DNA from: a candidate division Kazan bacterium RIFCSPHIGHO2_01_FULL_44_14
GTDB lineage: Bacteria > Patescibacteriota > Kazan-3B-28
Direction: 5' to 3'
Assembly (NCBI GenBank): GCA_001771185.1
Contig: METB01000001.1
Span: forward strand, 439,200-503,199
DNA length: 64,000 nucleotides
Positions 48,981-59,260 of this stretch are shown here, in pieces; position 1 is the first letter of the stretch, and each line of letters begins with the position of its first letter. The notes beneath the pieces were generated by a model. The model saw only the letters and a list, made by a program, of their open reading frames with translations. It had not been told where the DNA came from and ran no database searches. The translations under genes were made by a program, and so were the position numbers.

Positions 48981-49594
48981 TGACTGACTATGCTATCAAT
49001 TTGGAAGAGACTCTATCTATCAAAGATAGTTGGGGATATGAAACTGAAGTAGATGCAGTTATTTATCGCAACCAATTTGATAAATATTATCAGGCATACT
49101 CAAAGTCTGGTTTGCAGGAAGACCTAATGTTTAGTTTTATATTCCTTCAGATTTATATAGAGTGTTTTTTGCATGGCTGTATGAGGAAAATTGTTGAAAT
49201 GGAATTCAAGCCGCCTCGTATAAATGTGTACAAAGATTGGACTGGAGGAGAAAAGCGTTCGGTTCAAGACAAATTAGATGCCTTTGTGGGACTCTTTTTT
49301 AGTCTCATAACTGACAAGATCAACGATGATAAAGATGAAATTAAGAGACTCTTCGGTAGCATTAGCTATATCCGCAACCTACTAGTTCATGGCCACAAAG
49401 TTGCAATGTGGTCGAATTCTGATGGCTACTCTGGTATCAGTGAGGCTAAAGCATTCTTAACCTCAGATCAGTTGGGCAACACAGTCAAGGAGGCAAATAA
49501 ACTTGGGGCATTGTGGAATCAGTTATTGGACACAATTTTGCCACAACTCAAAGCATTACAAAGAGTGAGTGATTTTAAGTATAAAGAAATATAA
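48980..49594 (+). CDS. putative HEPN-domain protein
   Basis: helical; IE near N-terminus and RNLLVH (Rx4H) motif. Confidence 0.55.
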   Translation: MTDYAINLEETLSIKDSWGYETEVDAVIYRNQFDKYYQAYSKSGLQEDLMFSFIFLQIYIECFLHGCMRKIVEMEFKPPRINVYKDWTGGEKRSVQDKLDAFVGLFFSLITDKINDDKDEIKRLFGSISYIRNLLVHGHKVAMWSNSDGYSGISEAKAFLTSDQLGNTVKEANKLGALWNQLLDTILPQLKALQRVSDFKYKEI

Positions 49595-49600
49595 TTCGCC

Positions 49601-52291
49601 ATGGCATTACATCCTAATTTCCCAAAATCTCCCCATGCTATCTTGAACCCAGATTTACGCTGGTTTCCGGCAGATGAAGCATTGAGAGAGAAAGATTACA
49701 GCAAATTGTTGCCACCACTTGTGGCAAAGCTTCGTAAGGAAGTGGCAATTTGGCGTGACAAGAACTACGAGGGGGCCACGGATACCAGTAAGGGCTTATT
49801 GCAGTGGTGGTTCAAGACGGATCACCCCATGGATGATAGCAATGGCAGAACATACTTATTTGAATATTATTTCGCCCAGCGAGAAGCGGTAGAGACTGTT
49901 ATTTATCTCTATGAAATCGCTGGCGTTAAACAACCTTTAGATCTTCTGAAGTACGATAGCTCGGGAGCCATCTCTACTGGGATGTTCGATGAATCTTGGT
50001 TGAGATTTGTCATTAAGATGGCTACAGGTAGTGGCAAGACGAAGGTCTTAAGTTTGATATTGGCTTGGAGCTATTTCCATAAGATGTATGAAGAATACTC
50101 TCATTTGGCGAGAAACTTCCTAGTGATTACCCCGAACATTATTGTATTGGATCGTATCCGGTCTGATTTTGATGGACTCAAGATTTTCTTTCAAGATCCA
50201 GTTGTGCCAGATAACGGGTTTGAGGGTAAGAACTGGCGAGATGATTTTCAGCTAACACTTCATATTCAGGACGAGATTGGGGTAGTCAATAAAACGGGAA
50301 ACATTTTTCTTACCAATATCCATCGGGTCTATGAAGGTAATGTGACTGAACCGACTTTTAAAGATGAAGACACTACTAACTATTTTCTAGGTAAAAAGCC
50401 TACTGGGGCGACCAATGAATCAAAAGTGGATCTTGGTCAGATTGTGCGTGATGTAGATGAGCTGGTAATCCTGAATGATGAAGCCCATCATATTCACGAC
50501 CCGAGAATGGCCTGGTTTAAGTCCATCGAAGACATCCATAATCGGCTGAAGATGAAGGGGGTGTCGTTATCGCTTCAGCTAGATGTGACAGCCACTCCCA
50601 AACACGATAATGGTTCTATTTTTGTACAAACAGTTAGTGATTATCCGCTGGTCGAAGCCATCCATCAGGATGTGGTGAAGCATCCGGTTCTGCCGGATTC
50701 GGCTAGTCGAGCCAAGCTTCAGGAGCAAAAAAGCTCTATCTTCACCGAAAAGTATAAAGACTATATCCATCTGGGCTTTCTGGAATGGAAAAAGGTATAT
50801 GAGCAACACAAGAAACTCGGCAAGAAAGCTGTTCTGTTTGTAATGACTGATGACACTAAAAATTGCGATGAAGTGGCTGAGTATTTACATAAAACCTATC
50901 CCGAGTTTAGTAATCAAGATTCAGTACTGGTCATTCACACCAAGAATAATGGTGAAATCTCCGAGAGCGTAACTGGCAAAAATGAAGAAGAGCTTAAAGA
51001 GCTTCGTCTAGCGGCCAATAGTATCGATTCATTTGATAGCCCACACAAGGCAATTATTTCTGTGCTGATGTTGAAAGAGGGTTGGGATGTAAAGAATGTA
51101 ACGACTATTGTTGGACTTCGAGCCTATTCTGCCAAAAGCAATATCTTGCCCGAGCAAACACTAGGCAGAGGTCTGCGACGAATGTATAGGGCGGAGAATA
51201 TTACTGAGATGGTGAGCGTGGTGGGTACCGATGCGTTTATGGACTTTGTTGAGTCTATTAAAAGCGAGGGTGTGGAATTGGAACGTCGCAAGATGGGTGA
51301 GGGTACTGAACCTAATGCTCCGTTAGTCATTGAGGTTGATAACGAAAATACCAAGAAGGATATCGCTAAACTGGACATTGAGATTCCTGTTCTGACTCCT
51401 CGGATCTATCGGGAATACAAAAACCTGTCGGATTTGAATTTGGCAGGTCTTCAGTACAAGAAAATCGAGCTTAAACAATTCTCTAAAGAGGAACAGCGAG
51501 AGATTGTTTTTAGGGACATAGCTACCGGAAATATTACCCATACCACCAAGTTTGATACGGAGTTTACGCCGAATTATCAGAGTGTTATTGGCTACTTTAC
51601 GCAAGTGATTATGAAGGAACTTCGGCTGGTTAGCGGTTATGATGTTTTGTATGGCAAGGTAAAAGAATTTATTCAAAGTAGTCTCTTTACCAAGTCGGTA
51701 GATTTGGAAGACCTTAACATACTGCGTAACTTGTCAGAACTAGAAGTGACCAAGACTATAGTTGAGACTTTCAAAAAAGCTATCAACGCTCTGACAGTTC
51801 TGGATAAAGGGGAGGCCGAAATCAGGGACTACATTAAGGTCAGTAAGAGTCGGCCGTTTGTCACCAGAGAGCAGGGTTATCTTTTGCCCAAGAAAAGTGT
51901 CTTTAACAAAATTGTCGGAGACAGTCATCTTGAGCTAGAGTTTGCCAGTTTTCTAGAAGAAGCCGAGGATGTAGTTTCTTATATCAAGAATTATTTTTCT
52001 GTCTACTTCCGAATTGACTATCAAAACAGTAGTGGTGATATCTCTAACTTTTATCCCGACTTCATCGTTAAGTTGTCTGAGAAAGAGGTCTATATTGTCG
52101 AGACTAAAGGTAGGGAAGACCTGGACGACATTGAGAAAATAAACCGACTTCGACAGTGGTGTCAGGATATCAACGAAGTACAAAAGAAGGCCACCTACAA
52201 AATGCTATATGTGAAGCAAGAGGATTGGGATAAGTTAGACCATAAACCAGGGTCTTTTGCCGAGGCTGTCCGACTTTTTGAAGATAAATAA
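49601..52291 (+). CDS. type III RM restriction subunit (Res)
   Basis: MATGSGKT, DEAHH, EGWD, QTLGRGLR, YPDF..VETKG. Confidence 0.92.
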   Translation: MALHPNFPKSPHAILNPDLRWFPADEALREKDYSKLLPPLVAKLRKEVAIWRDKNYEGATDTSKGLLQWWFKTDHPMDDSNGRTYLFEYYFAQREAVETVIYLYEIAGVKQPLDLLKYDSSGAISTGMFDESWLRFVIKMATGSGKTKVLSLILAWSYFHKMYEEYSHLARNFLVITPNIIVLDRIRSDFDGLKIFFQDPVVPDNGFEGKNWRDDFQLTLHIQDEIGVVNKTGNIFLTNIHRVYEGNVTEPTFKDEDTTNYFLGKKPTGATNESKVDLGQIVRDVDELVILNDEAHHIHDPRMAWFKSIEDIHNRLKMKGVSLSLQLDVTATPKHDNGSIFVQTVSDYPLVEAIHQDVVKHPVLPDSASRAKLQEQKSSIFTEKYKDYIHLGFLEWKKVYEQHKKLGKKAVLFVMTDDTKNCDEVAEYLHKTYPEFSNQDSVLVIHTKNNGEISESVTGKNEEELKELRLAANSIDSFDSPHKAIISVLMLKEGWDVKNVTTIVGLRAYSAKSNILPEQTLGRGLRRMYRAENITEMVSVVGTDAFMDFVESIKSEGVELERRKMGEGTEPNAPLVIEVDNENTKKDIAKLDIEIPVLTPRIYREYKNLSDLNLAGLQYKKIELKQFSKEEQREIVFRDIATGNITHTTKFDTEFTPNYQSVIGYFTQVIMKELRLVSGYDVLYGKVKEFIQSSLFTKSVDLEDLNILRNLSELEVTKTIVETFKKAINALTVLDKGEAEIRDYIKVSKSRPFVTREQGYLLPKKSVFNKIVGDSHLELEFASFLEEAEDVVSYIKNYFSVYFRIDYQNSSGDISNFYPDFIVKLSEKEVYIVETKGREDLDDIEKINRLRQWCQDINEVQKKATYKMLYVKQEDWDKLDHKPGSFAEAVRLFEDK

Positions 52292-52298
52292 ATGGAAT

Positions 52299-54014
52299 AT
52301 GTCATTTCTACCAAAAATCTTTAATGCATTATCTCGGCATACCAACAAGGGGGTTGCGGTTGCTACGGTGGTTGGGGATACGAATAGTATCGAAGTCACT
52401 CCAGAATACAATAAGGTATTAGATTTAATTGAGGGTGGAGCTCCTATCACACTAGTTAGTGGTGCTGGTGGAACTGGCAAATCGACACTTATCAAATTTC
52501 TGGAAAAGACCCTGCGTCGTAAGATAGTGAAATTGGCACCAACGGGGGTGGCCGCGATTAACGTTGGCGGACAAACACTTCATTCATTTTTTCAGCTTCC
52601 GCACCAAATTCTCACCAAAGACCATGTGAAGCGGATATATCAGAAGAAACTGTATCAGCAGATTGGGTTGCTGGTTATTGACGAGGTTTCTATGGTGCGA
52701 CCAGATGTTTTGGATGCCATAGATCACTTTTTGCGGATCAATGGTCCTGACGGAGCAAGACCATTCGGAGGGGTTCAGCTATTGCTGATAGGGGATCATT
52801 TTCAGCTTCCTCCTGTGACCCCGACATCAGAGGATGCCGTTCTTAGGCAAATGGGATACAACTTTGAGCGGCACTACTGGTTTCATGCTAAGTGTGTTCA
52901 AGATCTTCCGATTGAATATGTTGAGTTAACTCATATCTATCGGCAAACCGATGCCCATTTTATTAACCTCTTAAGTAAGATTCGGGTTGGTAATGATTTG
53001 GCCAATGTGATTAAGGAAATCAATGAGAAATGTTTTGATACCGAATATCAATCGGATTTATGTACTACAGTTACGGCGACCAATAGGGTGGCTGATTTTA
53101 TTAACCAAGCTAAGTTTGACGCCCTGCCGGGGCAGGTTTATAAATTTGAGGGTTATATCGATGGCAAGTTTGCCGCCGAGAAGGAAAAACTACCCTCTCC
53201 ATCGGAGCTGTTTTTGAAAAAAGGAACTCGGGTGATGTTCACTAAGAACGATTCAAGGAAGAGGTGGGTTAACGGAAGTACAGGTATTGTCGAGGAGGTC
53301 GACGAGAAAGAAATCAGAGTAAAAATGCTAAACTCTAGTTTGGTTTATTCGGTAGAGAAAGCCAAGTGGCAAAATCTGAAATATGTTTACAACCAAAAGA
53401 CGGAGAAGTTAGATACGGAGATTGTTGGGGAATATGTACAATATCCGCTGAAATGGGGATGGGCTATTACTATTCATAAAGCTCAGGGCAAAACTCTAGA
53501 CGAGATTATTATCGACCTAGGTAATGGAGGGGCGTTTGAGACAGGTCAGGTCTATGTGGCTTTGAGCCGTTGCCGGACATTGGAGAATATTCATCTTAGA
53601 CGACCTCTGAATCTTAGTGATGTAAAGTGGTGTCCGATTATCAAGGAGTTTGACGATTATCTGTCTGGTCGTATGGAGAAACTAGTGTCTATTGGTGAAG
53701 GTGAGCTTCCAGAGGACACTGACGACTTAGCGAAGGCGCTGGAGAAGAGGAGAGCACTAAGTGGCGAACTACATCAGGTAATAGCCAAGATTGGTAAAGC
53801 CATATCTAGCTCAGGTATCGATATAGCGGGTCTCCCGGGGAATGAGAGTAGGGATAAATCCTACGAGCCGTGGGATGAGACAGAAGACGATATGTTGCGT
53901 CTTCGTTTTCAAGAAGGAATACCAATAAAAGATATTGCCAAGCTTCATGCGCGGACTATTGGAGCCATACGCTCCAGATTAGACAAATTGGGGGTTACGG
54001 TGGAAGTCGGGTAA
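52299..54014 (+). CDS. Pif1-family helicase with C-terminal HTH
   Basis: GAGGTGKS, APTGVAA, DEVSM, GDHFQLPPV, TIHKAQG, YVALSR. Confidence 0.92.
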   Translation: MSFLPKIFNALSRHTNKGVAVATVVGDTNSIEVTPEYNKVLDLIEGGAPITLVSGAGGTGKSTLIKFLEKTLRRKIVKLAPTGVAAINVGGQTLHSFFQLPHQILTKDHVKRIYQKKLYQQIGLLVIDEVSMVRPDVLDAIDHFLRINGPDGARPFGGVQLLLIGDHFQLPPVTPTSEDAVLRQMGYNFERHYWFHAKCVQDLPIEYVELTHIYRQTDAHFINLLSKIRVGNDLANVIKEINEKCFDTEYQSDLCTTVTATNRVADFINQAKFDALPGQVYKFEGYIDGKFAAEKEKLPSPSELFLKKGTRVMFTKNDSRKRWVNGSTGIVEEVDEKEIRVKMLNSSLVYSVEKAKWQNLKYVYNQKTEKLDTEIVGEYVQYPLKWGWAITIHKAQGKTLDEIIIDLGNGGAFETGQVYVALSRCRTLENIHLRRPLNLSDVKWCPIIKEFDDYLSGRMEKLVSIGEGELPEDTDDLAKALEKRRALSGELHQVIAKIGKAISSSGIDIAGLPGNESRDKSYEPWDETEDDMLRLRFQEGIPIKDIAKLHARTIGAIRSRLDKLGVTVEVG

Positions 54015-54034
54015 TAACGTAACTAAGTAAATCA

Positions 54035-55519
54035 ATGCAGCTCTCAAAATCTGATTACATGTTGTTTCTACGCCATCCGGCTTGGTTATGGCTCAAGAAA
54101 CACGCCAAAGATAAATTACCCCCTGTGGATGAAGATACTCAGGCGATTTTTGATGCTGGTTTCCTGTTCGAGACATACGCTGAACAGCTTTTCCCTGATG
54201 CAACAAAGTTAGAATACGATCGAGGGGACTATCAGGCATATGGAAAGCTAACTGCCGAGACAAAACAAGCGATAGCATCCGGAGCTACCACCATTATGCA
54301 AGGTCGTTTTGAGGCTGGTGATATCACGTGCATTTGTGATGTGCTGGTCCGAGTCAAGGATAATGAGTTTGACCTTTATGAAATTAAATCTAGTACTCAC
54401 GCTAAGCCCGAGCATGAGCCTGATTTAGCTTTTCAGATGGTAGTGCTAGAAGATTGCGGTTATACGGTTAACAAAATCTATGTCGTTCATGTAAATAATG
54501 AATACGTTAGAAACGGAGAGGTCACAGCCAAGGATCTAGCCAAGATGACTGAAGTTATTGACCAAGTTAAAGCATTGCGAGAAACTACCAGGGAGAATAT
54601 CAAACAAGCTCTGGAAGTTATGAATTCCAAAGAATGTCCAGATATCTCACCATCCTTGGCGAAGCTGGGAGCTTTTAATGATTGGCTGGGAATCTTCAAG
54701 ACTCTGGCAGAGGTAGAAGAATATAGTATTTATGATCTCTGTTCTCCTGGTGCAAGTAAGATTGGCAAACTGGAAGCATTGGGCATCAAGCAGATAAAAG
54801 ATATCCCAGAGGATTTTGCTCTAAGTGTAAAACAGCAAAGCCAAGTTCGGGCAACTAAGACTAACGAAGTATGTGTGGACAAGCCAAAGATTAAGCAGTT
54901 TTTGTCTGAGCTAAAATATCCTCTATATTTTCTTGATTACGAGACCCTATCTAGCGTAGTGCCATATTTCGATGGGCTAGGGCCTTATAAGCAATTGCCA
55001 TTCCAATATTCTCTGCATGTTATTGAAAAGCCGGGTGGTGAAGTAAATCATTTTGAATATTTGCATCAGGACAACAGCAACCCAGCACAACCAATCTCGG
55101 AATCGCTGAAGTCGCAAATCGGTGATAGTGGCACAGTCTTGGTTTGGTTTGAGGGTTTTGAAAAAACCTGCAACGAGCTATTGGGTGCCCTGCTCCCAGA
55201 GTTCACAACTTTCTTCAAAGACCTGAATGACCGCATCGTTGACCTAATGATTCCTTTTTCGACTTGCTCCTATGTCCACAAAGATTTTTTCGGGAGTACC
55301 TCGATTAAACAGGTATTACCGGTCCTGATTCCTGAACTTTCATATAAAGATTTAGATATCCATGCTGGTGGAGCAGCTCAACGGCTATGGATGGAGGCGG
55401 TATTGGATGGAAAAAGAGCTGATGAAAAAGATAAGATTCTTAAGGACTTAAAACAATACTGCGAGTTGGATACCTACGCGATGGTGAAGATATTCCAGTT
55501 CATTTCTGACATCAAATAG
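54035..55519 (+). CDS. DUF2779 protein (PD-(D/E)XK plus RNase H-like)
   Basis: LSKSDY, D..EIKSST..DLAFQ, LDYET, PFQYSLH, YCELDT. Confidence 0.85.
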   Translation: MQLSKSDYMLFLRHPAWLWLKKHAKDKLPPVDEDTQAIFDAGFLFETYAEQLFPDATKLEYDRGDYQAYGKLTAETKQAIASGATTIMQGRFEAGDITCICDVLVRVKDNEFDLYEIKSSTHAKPEHEPDLAFQMVVLEDCGYTVNKIYVVHVNNEYVRNGEVTAKDLAKMTEVIDQVKALRETTRENIKQALEVMNSKECPDISPSLAKLGAFNDWLGIFKTLAEVEEYSIYDLCSPGASKIGKLEALGIKQIKDIPEDFALSVKQQSQVRATKTNEVCVDKPKIKQFLSELKYPLYFLDYETLSSVVPYFDGLGPYKQLPFQYSLHVIEKPGGEVNHFEYLHQDNSNPAQPISESLKSQIGDSGTVLVWFEGFEKTCNELLGALLPEFTTFFKDLNDRIVDLMIPFSTCSYVHKDFFGSTSIKQVLPVLIPELSYKDLDIHAGGAAQRLWMEAVLDGKRADEKDKILKDLKQYCELDTYAMVKIFQFISDIK

Positions 55520-55647
55520 CTCCATACTTTGTGCAACAGCTCTGGCGGTGTAAAATAGGGCCAGTGAAACGATTTAGGAGACAATAAGCAAACGCAACCA
55601 AGTCGGGTCCGGAAACGGACGAGACGGAATGGTTGTGTTTTTTGTAT

Positions 55648-55722
55648 GCCGAGGTAGCTCATTGGTAGAGCGAGAGCTTGAAAAGCTCTGCGTAGGAGGT
55701 TCAATTCCTTCCCTCGGCACCA
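55648..55722 (+). tRNA. tRNA-Phe(GAA)
   Basis: GCCGAGG/CCTCGGC acceptor, AGAGC-TTGAAAA-GCTCT anticodon arm, CCA. Confidence 0.9.
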
Positions 55723-55724
55723 AT

Positions 55725-55799
55725 GCCCCCGTAGGCTAACGGATAGACCAAGTCGCTTCTATCGACAGAGTGAGGGTTCGATTCCTTCCGGGGGCACCA
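55725..55799 (+). tRNA. tRNA-Arg(TCT), imperfect D and anticodon stems
   Basis: GCCCCCG/CGGGGGC acceptor, GTCG-CTTCTAT-CGAC, A20, CCA. Confidence 0.8.
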
Positions 55800-55825
55800 G
55801 TTTCATTTTGTCAAAGTTTATTTTT

Positions 55826-57448
55826 TTACCACCTTCTGGAGGCGCGTCCCCAGCCGTGAGGGTCATTTTCCTCTAGATTATCGAGTAATCCACCTGATCG
55901 TCCTCTCCGTTTTCTGGTCTCGGTTTCTAGAGTTTCCCTCTCCCAGCCAGTAGTGCCATCAGGGGAGTAACAAAGATCACCATTTCTATCTCGGTATACG
56001 ATACCGATATTACAGTTAATCTTGTCATCCGCCATTACCCTAAGCACTAGCATTGTAAACGCATCGGCTAAGTCATCGTATCTTTCTCGGCCAAAACCCG
56101 TAATCTGATGAATCAACTCTTCTGCTCCTTTACGAGGGAACAATACTTTACCAGTTTGAATCAGGGCAGTGGTGGTGGACAGACGAGACCGTTTATCATT
56201 CTTACTGGTAAATTCCTCGGCGGTGATACCTTGGGTTTTAAGGTGTTGACCGAAGGCCGCTTGGTAAGCCGTGCTGTCGAAACAGAGTTTTACCGTGTAA
56301 TGTTGTTTAGTCCAAGACTTGTAGGATTCGATAACGGTTTGCACCGATGTCGGGAAGTCCATCCGCCGATTAATTGGGCCGGGCAGAATGTTGATTTGTA
56401 AACCATTCCTGCCACTATAAACCAGTGCTGTAACCACGGCAGTGTAGTTAGCTGATTCTTTTTCCGAAATCGCTAGATCAACCGCCATCGAAACATATCG
56501 CAATTTGGGGTCGTTCATACCCGGGGTTTGGTTTGGCAACTCATCATAGTAATGTAGCCACTCGGGATGCACAACTCGTTCGGCATCGGAAATAATCTTC
56601 AACAGATATTCTCGGCTCCAATCGATATCATCTGCTACCGTGCGCTTTTCATCATTGATGGCATCTTCGTCGGGATACTTGCCTGGCCAGAGACAATTGC
56701 CGTCGTAATCGATGAGGGGGTAGAACTCAAACACTCCGTCTCGTTTACTCTCTCGGATTTCTTTGCGTAATCGCATAATTAACGAGTCGTCGTGCAGTAA
56801 GTTTCCGATGACGACAATATTGGTGCGCCGGTCGCCAGTCGGAATTAGATCGCCCTTAAACCAGCGATAAGTTTTATCTCGGCTATCTTGGGTGGCGACA
56901 GAGTTCAAATCTTCGACATCATCACAGATGATTAAATCTGGTCGATAGGTGCCATACCTGATGCCTCGGATACCTTCTTCAACCGATGCCACTACAATTC
57001 TAGCTTTGTATTTAGACAGCTCAATCGTGCCACCACCCCACTTGGTGTTGCTACTTCGGAAAGGTCCCATATCTGCTTTAAGCAGAGTGTTGTCGGTTAG
57101 CTCCGCCTTCAAGCTTTCCAGTAGTCGTCTCGCCATGTCTTGAGTTTTGCTGGTGATAAGAATGTGCTTTTTTTGGAGCTTGCCCATAATCGCCCACAGA
57201 GGATAGGACAAGCTAATTAGGGTGCTCTTGCCCGATGCCCTAAAGGCACAAATTACTAGTGTCTTTATTTTAGTGTCTTGAGTTAGCTCGAAGATCTCTT
57301 TCTGGAAATCGGCGGTTTCGTATTGCACATAGTGGGGGAGATAGATACTGAAAAACATCAGATGAGCGTCCCTGGCCGCTTCAATCCGCATCCCCTGGTT
57401 GTTGATAATCTGACTAATCCACTTATCTCGTTCGTCATTGTTTAACAT
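55826..57448 (-). CDS. phage terminase large subunit-like protein
   Basis: FRASGKST Walker A, IICDDVE Walker B, AVDLA and DDLADA nuclease motifs. Confidence 0.88.
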   Translation of the reverse strand: MLNNDERDKWISQIINNQGMRIEAARDAHLMFFSIYLPHYVQYETADFQKEIFELTQDTKIKTLVICAFRASGKSTLISLSYPLWAIMGKLQKKHILITSKTQDMARRLLESLKAELTDNTLLKADMGPFRSSNTKWGGGTIELSKYKARIVVASVEEGIRGIRYGTYRPDLIICDDVEDLNSVATQDSRDKTYRWFKGDLIPTGDRRTNIVVIGNLLHDDSLIMRLRKEIRESKRDGVFEFYPLIDYDGNCLWPGKYPDEDAINDEKRTVADDIDWSREYLLKIISDAERVVHPEWLHYYDELPNQTPGMNDPKLRYVSMAVDLAISEKESANYTAVVTALVYSGRNGLQINILPGPINRRMDFPTSVQTVIESYKSWTKQHYTVKLCFDSTAYQAAFGQHLKTQGITAEEFTSKNDKRSRLSTTTALIQTGKVLFPRKGAEELIHQITGFGRERYDDLADAFTMLVLRVMADDKINCNIGIVYRDRNGDLCYSPDGTTGWERETLETETRKRRGRSGGLLDNLEENDPHGWGRASRRW

Positions 57449-57848
57449 TTTTCCCTCCTATCGGTTTACCTTTATATATTCCAGCCAATGACAGAGCTTT
57501 TTTGATGAGAGCCCGTTGGGCTGGTGTTAACGGACTATCTTTGTGTTCCACTTTCGCCATTACTTGCAATTTCTCGGCATAAGACGAATGTCGATTGCGG
57601 AGCCAAAACATCAGGGCAGTCATGTTTTGGTTCTTAATTGCCGTCAATAATTGAGACTCCGCAAGGTCGTTGATCAGGTCGCATCCCTCTGCCAACGCCT
57701 TGTCCGCTTGCTGGGCAAAGGTTTTACTTTCTCGTTTCCACCGATAGAAGGTCGCTCGGCTGATGCCAGTTTTCTGGCAAGCGGTCTGAACAATAGGTGT
57801 TCGGCGGAGAATTTCCAGTACTTCTTCTTTTTGGCTCATTGGTTTCAT
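57435..57848 (-). CDS. terminase small subunit-like HTH protein
   Basis: AC.KTGISRATFYRW..AES.L..A.MFWL; directly upstream of TerL. Confidence 0.7.
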   Translation of the reverse strand: MKPMSQKEEVLEILRRTPIVQTACQKTGISRATFYRWKRESKTFAQQADKALAEGCDLINDLAESQLLTAIKNQNMTALMFWLRNRHSSYAEKLQVMAKVEHKDSPLTPAQRALIKKALSLAGIYKGKPIGGKNVKQ

Positions 57849-59170
57849 CGTACTTTTACTCCTTTCTGCCCAGTCAGTTTTTCCCATCTATTCCGGATTA
57901 CACAAGCGTATGTAGGAGATTTTTCGGAAATATAACATTTTCTTCCGAGTTTTTCACAAGCGATTAAAGTTGAACCTGAGCCACCGAATGGTTCAATCAC
58001 CCAGTCACCACGCTTGGTCAACACCTTGATGTAGGGGATTAATATCTCAATTGGCTTAACGCCAAAGATAATCCCTTGACCAGAACTCTTCTCATCCGCC
58101 ACATTGAACTCGATGAAGTCAGTCGGCTGGTACTTCTTGCCTTTTTCATACCCCTCCCATTGGGGTTTACCTTGGATGGCAAACAACGCTGTTTCGTATT
58201 CGTTTTGGAGTAGCTCATCCTCTGGCTCTAAGTTGAAGGATGGTTCACCGCCTTGTCCGACCATGGCGATATCGTGTTTGCTGAAAAACTTATATTTAGC
58301 CGCGAATCCTTGGTTGCGATTGGGAGTGTGCCAAACGATCATGTTTTTTACTTTCCAATGTTTGGCCATCTCACCCCAAATGGTGGGGATATTCTTCCAG
58401 TTCTCATAACATAGGATTGAAAAGTTGGGAGAAGCCATTTTAGCGATGTTCGTCATCCAAAGCTCCGTAAAGTTATCCGGCAACTCATCGGTCTCCAAAT
58501 ACTTGCGGTCTCGCTTGAACCCGAATCCCTCAGTCGGTTTGCCATGCTTCTTCTTGCCTTTGAGATAATCCAAAATGTACGGGGGGTCCGTGAGGCAGAG
58601 AGATGGCGGTGTTTCGCAGACCAGTCCAGTAATATGAGCTTCGTCAGTTGAGTCGCCACAAGCAAGATAATGATTACCTAATTTCCAGAGGTCGCCCTTT
58701 TGGATGTCTATATCGGTGATACCTATCTTGTCTAACTCTTTTTGTAGGTCGAACACTTCGGGGGTCTCGTCGATGCCAGTAATCTCGTCCATTTCTTCAC
58801 TGGAAAAACCAACATCAGTTAGCAGCGCTGGATCAAATTCTGCCAGCAAGTCTAGGTCCCAAGCGCCAAGGTTGCGGTTTAACCTCAAGTTCAGTTCTCG
58901 TTCACGCTCTATCTCGGGGATGTTCACAAACACTACAGGCACTTCTTTGATGCCGAGGTCTTTGGCCACCTTCAAGCGGAAATGACCCCCTATAATAATG
59001 TTCTCTCTCCCGGGAGCATTATTGCAGAGGATGGGATCGACCATCCCAAACTTACGGACGCTGTCAGTCAGCTGTTGAATAGCTGACTCATCCCAACGAC
59101 GAGGATTATATGTGCTCGGCTTGAGCTCGGAAACCGGCAGGTAGCGAACGGCCAGATTATCTTTATCCAT
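57845..59170 (-). CDS. ParB-N domain DNA methyltransferase
   Basis: YNPR..FG..PI..GGHFRL; TDPPY; EPFGGSGSTLIA. Confidence 0.92.
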   Translation of the reverse strand: MDKDNLAVRYLPVSELKPSTYNPRRWDESAIQQLTDSVRKFGMVDPILCNNAPGRENIIIGGHFRLKVAKDLGIKEVPVVFVNIPEIERERELNLRLNRNLGAWDLDLLAEFDPALLTDVGFSSEEMDEITGIDETPEVFDLQKELDKIGITDIDIQKGDLWKLGNHYLACGDSTDEAHITGLVCETPPSLCLTDPPYILDYLKGKKKHGKPTEGFGFKRDRKYLETDELPDNFTELWMTNIAKMASPNFSILCYENWKNIPTIWGEMAKHWKVKNMIVWHTPNRNQGFAAKYKFFSKHDIAMVGQGGEPSFNLEPEDELLQNEYETALFAIQGKPQWEGYEKGKKYQPTDFIEFNVADEKSSGQGIIFGVKPIEILIPYIKVLTKRGDWVIEPFGGSGSTLIACEKLGRKCYISEKSPTYACVIRNRWEKLTGQKGVKVR

Positions 59171-59260
59171 AGTATTTTTTTAAAAATATAACTGACCCAA
59201 TCGTAGAATCAAAAAGAACTCCCAAGGGGGAGTTCTTTAATGTTCCGGATGTGTTATCTG

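Noticed and set aside
54035-55519. Cas4 call
   Set aside because: PD-(D/E)XK similarity only; architecture fits DUF2779 and there is no CRISPR context.
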